This document shows, one piece after another, positions 25,087 to 32,000 of a stretch of DNA of 32,000 nt; position 1 is the stretch's first letter; each line of letters starts with the position of its first letter. Source of the stretch: Candidatus Nanobsidianus stetteri (GTDB lineage Archaea; Nanobdellota; Nanobdellia; Nanobdellales; Nanobdellaceae); assembly GCF_003086415.1 (NCBI RefSeq), contig NZ_QEFP02000004.1, forward strand, positions 1 to 32,000. The letters are read 5' to 3'. The translations under genes were made by a program, and so were the position numbers. The notes beneath the pieces are model-generated. The model saw only the letters and a list, made by a program, of their open reading frames with translations. It ran no database searches and had not been told where the DNA came from.

Positions 25087-25170
25087 TAATTTTAAATGCG
25101 GCGGAGGGGATTTGAACCCCTGGCGGATCTTATCCAATCGGACCTCAACCGACCCCCTTTGGCCTCTCGG
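25087..25170 (-). tRNA. tRNA-Leu (anticodon GAG), class II
   Basis: The reverse complement is GCGGCGGTGCCCGAGAGGCCAAAGGGGGTCGGTTGAGGTCCGATTGGATAAGATCCGCCAGGGGTTCAAATCCCCTCCGCCGCA. The acceptor is GCGGCGG/CCGCCGC and the anticodon loop is TT-GAG-GT. It has a long variable arm. Confidence 0.9.
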
Positions 25171-25315
25171 GCACCGCCGCGTATTTTATTTTATATCTTC
25201 TAAAATTTTAAAATATAAGAAATCATATTTACAAACAAATAAATAATTGTAACATAAAATCCTTTTTATATATTAAATTAATTAAATTTTGGAGAAATAT
25301 ATAATATTAGCATTA

Positions 25316-25822
25316 TCAACGACAGTATGAATCTTCTTTATTATTTTTTGAAATCTTTAACTTTTTAATATCTTTTCTTTTATTTAATCCTAACAAAAAT
25401 ATTAAATTAACCATAAATAAAATATCACTGACAATTAATAGAATTTCTCCAAATTCAAATATATTTAACCCTAATATTGGGGCAAGTGTTGCAACTATAA
25501 TAGCAAAGTAACCTGTACTACATCCAACCAAACATGCCTGAAATCCAGCAAAACCAAATATTGCAGAAATAAAAGATAAAATATTTCCTGCATAAAATTT
25601 CCTATAATTAATTATCATAAAAGAAATTAAAGCAAAATTTAAAGAAAATAAAATTACATATAAGCATGCAAGAATTTTTATATAAATTGATGCTAATAAC
25701 AAACCTAAATATATTGATTTAATATAAAAATAACCAATTATAAAAAATGTTATAATTAAAATAATTCCAATTTTGCTTTTTATCATATCCTTAAAAATAT
25801 TATTCATTTTTATAATATTCAA
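25316..25822 (-). CDS. Integral membrane protein (168 aa), function unknown
   Basis: Four to five hydrophobic segments, a Cys pair in a TM region (FQACLVGCSTG) and a basic C-terminal tail. Confidence 0.45.
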   Translation of the reverse strand: MNIIKMNNIFKDMIKSKIGIILIITFFIIGYFYIKSIYLGLLLASIYIKILACLYVILFSLNFALISFMIINYRKFYAGNILSFISAIFGFAGFQACLVGCSTGYFAIIVATLAPILGLNIFEFGEILLIVSDILFMVNLIFLLGLNKRKDIKKLKISKNNKEDSYCR

Positions 25823-25853
25823 AATATCTTTTTAAATATATTTTTATAATTAT

Positions 25854-27299
25854 TTGAAATGGATGCCAATCGGTGTAATTTATATATATAATACGCTAAC
25901 GAAGAAAAAAGAAATATTCGAGCCAATAGAATATCCTTTTGTAAAAATATATCATTGTGGGATAACACCATACGATACATCACATATAGGTCATTTAAGG
26001 TCAGAAATTTCTTTAGATATTATAAGAAGAATATTCAGATATTTTGGATATATAGATATAGCAATTAGCAATTTTACAGATATAGATGATAAAATAATAA
26101 AAAGGGCAAGAGAGTTAAATTTATTAAATGATTGGCAAAAAATACCTGAAGAATATATAAAATATCATTTAGAACAAATAAAAAGATTAAATAATTTACC
26201 ATTTTATATAAATCCAAGGGTTACAACACATATTAATGATATTGTAGACTTTATAAAAGATTTAATAAATAAAGGATATGCATACAAAGGAAAATATAGT
26301 ATATATTATGATATAGATAAATATCCATATTATGGACAATTGTCTGGAACAAAAAAAGAACAATGGGAACAAGAAACAGAATTCTTAGAAGATAAAAAAC
26401 ATCCATATGATTTTGCATTATGGAAATTTAAAAAAGAAGATGAGCCATATTGGAATACAGAAATTGGAGAGGGAAGACCTGGTTGGCATATTGAATGTTC
26501 TACAATGTCATCAAAATATTTGGGCCCACAATTTGATATACATTCAGGAGGTCAGGATTTAATATTTCCACATCATGAAAATGAAATTGCACAATCGGAA
26601 GCTAGATTTAATACACATCCTTGGGTAAAATATTGGTTACACTTTGGATTTATAAAAATTAAAGGAGAAAAAATGAGTAAGAGTTTGGGAAATATAATAC
26701 CTGCAAAAGAATTTTTAGATAAATATGGAGAAGATATTACAAGATTTTATATTGGATCTTATCATTATAGAGAACCAATTGATATAAATGAAGAAAGTAT
26801 AAACCAAGCAAAAGAAAATTATAGATATATAACTTCAACAATCAAAACAATTGTAAATGAAATAAATAGTTTGGATAGAACATTTTATTTAGATGATAAT
26901 AAAATAAAAATATGGAAAGAATTATTAAATTATGAAAAAGAATTTATAAATAGTATAAAGGATGATTTTAATACAAGAGAGGCTACAAGAATATTATTAG
27001 AAGCGACAAATTATATAAATAAAAATGTTATTGGATCTGAAACATTTACATTATATATTACTTCATATAATTTCTATAATATTGCTTCAAGGATTTATGG
27101 ATTATGGGAAGATATATTTTATGGAAAAGAAAGTAAAGAAAATTTAACAAATATTTTACTAAATATAATAATAGATGTTAGAAATGAATTAAGAAAGAAT
27201 AAAAATTATGAATTATCCGATAAAATAAGGGAAGAACTTAGAAAAATTGGTATAGATTTATTAGATCAAGGAAATAAAACAATATATAGATTTATATAA
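25854..27299 (+). CDS. cysS: Cysteinyl-tRNA synthetase
   Basis: The class I HIGH motif is TSHIGHLRS and KMSKS is present. Zinc/Cys-binding region motifs are CGITPYD, WHIECS and HHENE. The track start at 25854 is TTG; the ATG at 25863 is the more likely start. Confidence 0.9.
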   Translation: MKWMPIGVIYIYNTLTKKKEIFEPIEYPFVKIYHCGITPYDTSHIGHLRSEISLDIIRRIFRYFGYIDIAISNFTDIDDKIIKRARELNLLNDWQKIPEEYIKYHLEQIKRLNNLPFYINPRVTTHINDIVDFIKDLINKGYAYKGKYSIYYDIDKYPYYGQLSGTKKEQWEQETEFLEDKKHPYDFALWKFKKEDEPYWNTEIGEGRPGWHIECSTMSSKYLGPQFDIHSGGQDLIFPHHENEIAQSEARFNTHPWVKYWLHFGFIKIKGEKMSKSLGNIIPAKEFLDKYGEDITRFYIGSYHYREPIDINEESINQAKENYRYITSTIKTIVNEINSLDRTFYLDDNKIKIWKELLNYEKEFINSIKDDFNTREATRILLEATNYINKNVIGSETFTLYITSYNFYNIASRIYGLWEDIFYGKESKENLTNILLNIIIDVRNELRKNKNYELSDKIREELRKIGIDLLDQGNKTIYRFI

Positions 27300-27338
27300 A
27301 AATTATTATTTTTTAACTTTTTTATTAAAAATAAGTGA

Positions 27339-28538
27339 ATGGATGATATAATATATCCTGATCTATCGATAATAATATTAGGACATGTTGATCATGGAAA
27401 AACAACATTGGCAAAATCATTAACGGGTCAATGGTTATCTAAACATTCTGAAGAAATAAAAAGAGGATTAACAATAAAATTAGGATATGCAGATTTTACA
27501 ATATATAAATGTGAAGAACATGGATATTTTACAGAAAAAATATGTCCAATATGTAATAAAGAAAATAAACCAATTAGAAAAATATCTATTGTAGATGCAC
27601 CTGGACATGAAAGTTTATTAATGGTAATGTTAACTGGTGCTGCGATTGTTGATGCTGCTATATTAGTTATTGCCGCTAATGAACCAGTACCACAGCCACA
27701 AACATTAGAACATTTAGTAGCATTTAAATATTTGGGAAATAAACCATTAATAATTGTGCAAAATAAAATTGATCTAGTAACAAAAGAGGAAGCAATGAAA
27801 AATTATCAAGAAATATTAAATTTACTAGATAAATTAAATATTGATAAAAATAAAGTAAAAATTATCCCAATATCCGCAATAAATAATGTAAATATAAATT
27901 ATTTACTAGAAGAATTGGTTAATTTACCAAAACCTGAAAAAGACGAAAATTCAGATCCAATATTTTTAATATCAAGATCTTTTGATGTAAATAAACCTGG
28001 TACAGATATAGAAAAATTGGTTGGAGGAGTTTTGGGAGGAAGTTTACTAAAGGGTAAGTTAAAATTAAATGATGAAATAGAAATAAGGCCAGGATTATTT
28101 ATTAATAATAAGTGGATTCCTATAAAAACAAAAATAGTTTCATTAAAACAAGGTAATCATGATATAGAAGAAATATTACCAAGGGGAACTGCTGGAATTG
28201 GAACAACTTTAGATCCTTCAGTTACAAAAGATGATACATTAGCAGGTCAAATTGCAGGATATACAAATAAATTACCTCCACAATATGATGAAATAAAGGT
28301 AAAGTATGATGTAATAAAAGAATTGTTTAATGAAAATGAGAAAATTCAAAAGGGTGAAACAGTAATTGTAGGGTTATATAATATAATTTCTGATGGAATT
28401 GTAAAAAACATAGAAAAAGGAAATATAATTACTATAAAATTAAATAAACCAGTTTTAGGATATAAAGATGATAAAGTAATAATATTGAGAAATATTAATA
28501 AAAGATGGAAGATATTTGCAATTGGTAAACTATTATGA
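27339..28538 (+). CDS. eif2g: Translation initiation factor aIF2 gamma subunit
   Basis: G1 is GHVDHGKTTL, G3 is DAPGHE and G4 is NKID. A zinc-knuckle insert (CEEHG...CPIC) is followed by EF-Tu-like domains II and III. Confidence 0.95.
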   Translation: MDDIIYPDLSIIILGHVDHGKTTLAKSLTGQWLSKHSEEIKRGLTIKLGYADFTIYKCEEHGYFTEKICPICNKENKPIRKISIVDAPGHESLLMVMLTGAAIVDAAILVIAANEPVPQPQTLEHLVAFKYLGNKPLIIVQNKIDLVTKEEAMKNYQEILNLLDKLNIDKNKVKIIPISAINNVNINYLLEELVNLPKPEKDENSDPIFLISRSFDVNKPGTDIEKLVGGVLGGSLLKGKLKLNDEIEIRPGLFINNKWIPIKTKIVSLKQGNHDIEEILPRGTAGIGTTLDPSVTKDDTLAGQIAGYTNKLPPQYDEIKVKYDVIKELFNENEKIQKGETVIVGLYNIISDGIVKNIEKGNIITIKLNKPVLGYKDDKVIILRNINKRWKIFAIGKLL

Positions 28539-28942
28539 AATATAAAATATTAATTGATACAAACATATTTTTTATCCCCTTTTATGAAAACTTTGATGTA
28601 ATAAATGAATTAAAGGATTTTTTAATGAAAAATAATATTGAACATGAAGGTTTTTATACATTAAGAAAAAATATTATTGAAATTGAAAATAAGATAAATA
28701 GTTCAAAATCAGAAAAGTGGAAAAAGATATATAATCTAGTATTAGAATATATAAAAAAGAATAATATAAATATTATAGAGACAAAGGAAAATTATGAAAA
28801 AACAGATAGACTTATAATAAAAACTGCATTATCCGATAAATTCATTGTTTGTACATTAGATAAAAATTTAAGGATGATATTAAAGAAATTACATATACCA
28901 GTAATTTTTTATTCAAATAGGAGATTACATATAATATGGTAA
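28535..28942 (+). CDS. PIN-domain protein, Fcf1/Utp24-like (COG1412-type)
   Basis: The N-terminal motif is ILIDTN, with TDRLII and VCTLDKNLRMILKKLHIPVIF further on. It is coupled to aIF2-gamma by an ATGA overlap, an association conserved in archaea. Confidence 0.65.
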   Translation: MKYKILIDTNIFFIPFYENFDVINELKDFLMKNNIEHEGFYTLRKNIIEIENKINSSKSEKWKKIYNLVLEYIKKNNINIIETKENYEKTDRLIIKTALSDKFIVCTLDKNLRMILKKLHIPVIFYSNRRLHIIW

Positions 28943-29784
28943 CAAATGCTGGGGCAGAATTTTATGCTGCCAAAGAAAAATATGAAAATGCTAAAACTCC
29001 TGAAGAAAAATTAAAATATTTATATGAAATGTTAAGAACTGCCCCAAAACATAAAGGATCTGAACATTTAATTGCATGGATAAATAAAAAAATATCTGAA
29101 TATGAAAAGATAATTGAAGAGGGTAAATATAAAAAAGGTGGAGGTAGTATAAAATTAATAGAAAAATCTGGTGATATTTTAATAGGTATATTGGGAATAG
29201 AAAATTCTGGAAAAAGTTATTTTTTAAGGAAATTTACAAATGCAAATGTTGAAGTAAGTGAAATACCCTTTTCTACAATAAACCCCGCAATTGGTACTAT
29301 ATTTTATAATTGTGTATATTATCAATTTGTTGAAATTCCATCTACATTTGAAAGAAAATTTAGATCAATTTTATCATTATCTGATTACTATATATTAATA
29401 TTAGATGAAAAAAGAGATATAAAAGAACAATTGGAAAGAATAAATAAATTTTCTGAAGGAATAATTGAATTTAGTACAATTCTAAATAATAAATATAAAA
29501 TAATATATAATAAATTTGATGATTTTAAAGATGTAAATTTACAAGAAATATTGGAAAATATAATTAAAGATTTAGATTTAATAAGGATAAAACCAGTAGA
29601 TTCTGATCATTGTGTAATATTAAATAAAGAATCTACTGTAAAAGATTTTATTGAAAAAATAAATAAAAAATGGATAGATAAATTTAGATATGCAAAGATA
29701 ATTAGAGAAAATAAAGTTATAAGAGCTGGATTAAATTATAAATTAGAAGATAAAGATATTATTGAATTAAAATTAAAAATATAA
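28936..29784 (+). CDS. DRG/Rbg1-family GTPase homologue, shortened, with degenerate G3 motif and C-terminal TGS domain
   Basis: Compared by eye with a DRG-family consensus recalled from memory: the N-terminal helix is PKHKGSEHLIAWINKKI, G1 is GIENSGKS and G2 is PFSTINP. Where DRG has LLDxPGII the sequence reads FVEIPSTF. G4 is NKFD. The TGS-like C-terminus is VKDFIEKINKKWIDKFRYAKII...LEDKDIIEL. Confidence 0.7.
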   Translation: MVTNAGAEFYAAKEKYENAKTPEEKLKYLYEMLRTAPKHKGSEHLIAWINKKISEYEKIIEEGKYKKGGGSIKLIEKSGDILIGILGIENSGKSYFLRKFTNANVEVSEIPFSTINPAIGTIFYNCVYYQFVEIPSTFERKFRSILSLSDYYILILDEKRDIKEQLERINKFSEGIIEFSTILNNKYKIIYNKFDDFKDVNLQEILENIIKDLDLIRIKPVDSDHCVILNKESTVKDFIEKINKKWIDKFRYAKIIRENKVIRAGLNYKLEDKDIIELKLKI

Positions 29785-30045
29785 TTATTTCTTCTTTTCA
29801 AGCTTTTCCTTTAATTCTATTATATCCTTTCTAGTATATTCTATTAATATTGCAATTATAGATAACCATAACACTCCTAACCATGTAAATAAAGATGCTA
29901 TAACTACAGCAGCTGAACTTTGCAATCCAAGTGGTAGTTCTATGCTCTTAAATAATAAAAGATATCCTAATATCATATTAATAAAAAATCCTACCAGCAA
30001 TATTATTTCCAACAAATTTGGCGTTTTGTAATCAAAGTTAACCAT
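29785..30045 (-). CDS. Small two-TM membrane protein (86 aa)
   Basis: Two hydrophobic helices followed by a K/E-rich tail. It abuts the DRG stop with no gap. Confidence 0.4.
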   Translation of the reverse strand: MVNFDYKTPNLLEIILLVGFFINMILGYLLLFKSIELPLGLQSSAAVVIASLFTWLGVLWLSIIAILIEYTRKDIIELKEKLEKKK

Positions 30046-30081
30046 TATTAATTTTTAAATTAAATACTTATATATATTTCT

Positions 30082-30555
30082 ATGAAAAGTTTAGATAAAA
30101 AATCAAGAAAAAATTTAATTGAGATATTAAAAAACAATTATAAAATAGAATGTGAAAAATTAAAAAACGAAAACATTTTTTTAGATGAAGAAAATAATAT
30201 TTACATATATAATAATATTCCAATAGCATTTATAAAAGATAATAAAATATATCCAACAATATTTTTGATAAATGAATGTGAAACAAATATGAATTATATT
30301 AAAGTAAATATTGGAGCAAAAGAAAAAATATTAAATGGTGCAGATGTATTTAGACCCGGAATAATTGAATTTTCGGATTTTAAAAAAGATGAAATAATAT
30401 TAATAATATCTGAAGATAATAAATTATTGGCAATTGGAAGAGCATTATATGATAGTAATGATGCTATAAAGATGGAGAAAGGGAAAATAATAGAAAATAT
30501 ACATTATTATGGGGATAAAATAACAAAATATTATTTAAATAAAATTAAAAATTGA
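30082..30555 (+). CDS. PUA-domain RNA-binding protein (MCT-1/Tma20-like, COG2016-type)
   Basis: The C-terminal PUA pattern is NGADVFRPGIIEFSD...IILIISEDNKLLAIGRALYDSNDAIKMEKGKIIENIHYYGD. Confidence 0.7.
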   Translation: MKSLDKKSRKNLIEILKNNYKIECEKLKNENIFLDEENNIYIYNNIPIAFIKDNKIYPTIFLINECETNMNYIKVNIGAKEKILNGADVFRPGIIEFSDFKKDEIILIISEDNKLLAIGRALYDSNDAIKMEKGKIIENIHYYGDKITKYYLNKIKN

Positions 30556-31680
30556 TTTCTGCTTTAATAAATTGCTATATTTTTTCAATTTATATACAGA
30601 AACATTATATTTATTCATAAATTTATTATTTAAATATGATATTAGTTCATTATAATTATTGAATTTTTCTACTAAATTATTTAGCATATACTTTGTCCCT
30701 TCTCTAACAACCCAAACACCCAAAGGAACTTTATATTCTCTTGTTACAAATCTAAATACAACCAAATTTCCAACCATTTTATAATTTCTCATAAATTCTG
30801 CAAAAGATAATTTTAGAGCACTATAACCCCCAGATTCATCATCTCTACCAATTATACTATATTTAGAGTTTAAATTATATATAGAACCTGGTATTAATGT
30901 TTCTATTAATTCACAATTTCCATTACCTGGAAAAAATACTCCATAAAAATCATTTCCATATAAAGAATAATAGAATAAATAATATTTATCATTAATTTTA
31001 GAATAATCTTTTATTTCTTCCTTTATTTTTCTCTCTAAGATTTCATGAACTGCAGTTATTGCCCACTTACTAGGAACCAATTTTCTATTTATCTTATATC
31101 CAAAAAATCCCATTGAAAACAATCTTGATAAATAATAATCGGACATTCCAGATTTATATAAATAGTATATGGAATCTTCAGCCTTCATTTCTTCTACTTT
31201 ATATATTTCTTTTGGTATTTTTGGATTTTCATTTATTTTTATTTTATCTATTATTCCAGAATATCCATATAAACCAATTATCTTAGAAATTCTCATATTT
31301 TCACTTATTTTATTAAAATATATTTCCAAATTTATTGATTTAACTGATAACATCGAATCTAAAACTTCATTATATAATTTATCATTTTTTCTTGGTAAAT
31401 TTGCATCTACAACTTTCTTTGCATTTATTAAACTTATTCTACTCTTTATAATTTCTTCAACATCTATATTATTCTTTGCCCAATATATTGGATTATCATA
31501 TAATTCTATTTTTTCATTATAAGATGTCAATATACCTAAAGATAGTTTTGGATAATTGATTGGACTAATTAAATTTGATGGAGGAGTATAACCATTTATA
31601 TCCTTTTTTAATATTATAGATTTTCCATATAATTTCTTGTATTTTTCTGCAAGTTTTTTTGCATTTATAACATCTATCAT
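30535..31680 (-). CDS. Nre-family protein (archaeal DNA repair-associated, DUF650/DUF651-like)
   Basis: 381 aa. The N-terminal TPPSNLISPINYPKLSLGIL resembles the Nre PSVFVGRxGYPKVxVGP motif. The extreme C-terminus QKSIFNFI fits a PIP box (QxxIxxFI), as described for Nre proteins. Confidence 0.55.
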   Translation of the reverse strand: MIDVINAKKLAEKYKKLYGKSIILKKDINGYTPPSNLISPINYPKLSLGILTSYNEKIELYDNPIYWAKNNIDVEEIIKSRISLINAKKVVDANLPRKNDKLYNEVLDSMLSVKSINLEIYFNKISENMRISKIIGLYGYSGIIDKIKINENPKIPKEIYKVEEMKAEDSIYYLYKSGMSDYYLSRLFSMGFFGYKINRKLVPSKWAITAVHEILERKIKEEIKDYSKINDKYYLFYYSLYGNDFYGVFFPGNGNCELIETLIPGSIYNLNSKYSIIGRDDESGGYSALKLSFAEFMRNYKMVGNLVVFRFVTREYKVPLGVWVVREGTKYMLNNLVEKFNNYNELISYLNNKFMNKYNVSVYKLKKYSNLLKQKSIFNFI

Positions 31681-31714
31681 TAGATTTTTATTTATTTTTT
31701 AAATTATAAGTTTG

Positions 31715-32000
31715 ATGGATATAATAAATATACCAACAAAATATAAATTGAAAGAAATTAAAAATTTGGATGAATTGAAAAAATATTTACCAAAAAAATT
31801 TGCCCTTGTATCTTTAACACAATATTCTGAATATGCTAAAAAAATATATGAAATATTAAAGAATGATTATGAAATAATATTAAAAGAGGGATTATATGGG
31901 ATAAATGTTTTGGGATGTTATTCAGAACCTGCAAATATAAATGATATAGATACGGTATTATTAATTGGAAATGGAAAATTTCATGCAGAAAATATTATAA
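31715..32000 (+). CDS. dph2: Diphthamide synthase Dph2-like, N-terminal part (runs off right edge)
   Basis: The ATG at 31715 gives MDIINIPTKYKLKEIKNLDE...FALVSLTQYSEYAKKIYEIL...YGINVLGCYSEPANINDIDTVLLIGNGKFHAENII. This aligns by eye with domain 1 of archaeal Dph2 (conserved Cys, then the hLhhGxGxFH strand). Confidence 0.5.
   Translation, partial: MDIINIPTKYKLKEIKNLDELKKYLPKKFALVSLTQYSEYAKKIYEILKNDYEIILKEGLYGINVLGCYSEPANINDIDTVLLIGNGKFHAENII

Noticed and set aside
24205-25170. Two similar tRNA-Leu genes in inverted orientation bracketing adkA; considered as a possible invertible or mobile segment.
   Set aside because: The similarity is just the shared class II tRNA-Leu core. The acceptor stems and anticodons differ. 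No recombinase, direct repeats or target-site duplications are present. They are ordinary isoacceptor genes.
25854-25862. TTG start proposed by the ORF track for cysS.
   Set aside because: An in-frame ATG lies three codons downstream (25863), and the conserved CysRS N-terminus (…IYIYNTLTKKKEIFEP) begins after it. The extension is probably not translated; the feature keeps the track coordinates, with this caveat.
28535-28942. PIN-domain gene considered as a VapC toxin of a toxin-antitoxin pair.
   Set aside because: There is no small antitoxin ORF upstream. It is coupled by ATGA to aIF2-gamma and followed by the DRG homologue, which is the conserved archaeal context of the housekeeping Fcf1/Utp24-like PIN protein.
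199-31522. Seventeen track ORFs lie antisense to, or out of frame within, well-supported genes: 199-504(-), 2494-2715(+), 5254-5517(+), 6489-6725(+), 8271-8543(+), 8890-9075(+), 11394-11594(+), 12165-12356(+), 15536-15745(-), 15785-15991(-), 16482-16688(-), 19144-19341(+), 19732-20058(+), 20449-20793(+), 22072-22302(-), 23774-23974(+), 31169-31522(+).
   Set aside because: Each lies entirely inside a longer ORF with recognisable family motifs on the other strand. Their translations are low-complexity F/L/I/S/Y strings, as expected from the reverse complement of K/E/N/I-rich coding sequence in A+T-rich DNA. None has a motif or an independent intergenic context.
1-32000. I looked for CRISPR arrays, rRNA, SRP/RNase P RNA, split tRNA halves, inteins, transposases/integrases and long direct or inverted repeats.
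   Set aside because: Outside the coiled-coil and NNTNTSS coding repeats I saw no regularly spaced repeats. There are no G+C-rich islands other than the five tRNAs and the C/D sRNA(s). PolB and RtcB motifs are contiguous with no intein-like insertions. No recombinase-like ORFs are present. This was visual inspection only, so short or degenerate elements could have been missed.

Overview
This window is an extremely A+T-rich (roughly three quarters A+T by eye, not computed) and very gene-dense archaeal chromosome segment. It reads with the standard code; TGA, TAG and TAA all act as stops. About 40 ORFs look real, and most are archaeal information-processing genes: L44e, aIF2-alpha, Nop10, Pelota, family-B DNA polymerase, RtcB, RpoN, Alba, S17e, an NSUN RNA methylase, CysRS, aIF2-gamma, an Fcf1-like PIN protein, a DRG-like GTPase, a PUA protein, Nre and the start of Dph2. 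Only a few metabolic genes are present (inorganic pyrophosphatase, archaeal adenylate kinase, a TtuA/Ncs6-type PP-loop enzyme). There are five intron-less tRNA genes that stand out as G+C-rich islands (Gln-UUG, initiator Met-CAU, Arg-UCG, Leu-CAG, Leu-GAG). There is also one textbook C/D box sRNA, one weaker C/D box candidate, and a 58-codon Nop10 gene that the ORF track missed. I saw no rRNA, CRISPR array, transposase, integrase or other mobile element. Many neighbouring genes overlap by 4-14 nt, and three convergent pairs overlap at their 3' ends. Together with the G+C-rich tRNAs, this fits a thermophilic, reduced-genome archaeon (Nanoarchaeota-like DPANN); that placement is an inference, not a database result. 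The stretches most worth a second look are listed in the findings. (1) A three-gene block of Lys/Arg-poor, N-glycosylation-sequon-rich exported proteins sits between pelota and aIF2-alpha, downstream of a prepilin-peptidase-like protease. (2) Two pure coiled-coil proteins follow PolB, the first translationally coupled to it. (3) A nearly cysteine-free (one non-homologous Cys) aldehyde:ferredoxin oxidoreductase-fold protein has its last codons inside tRNA-Arg. (4) An AAA+/wHTH ATPase is coupled to the PP-loop enzyme and followed by two orphan genes. None of these is established as a new system from sequence alone.
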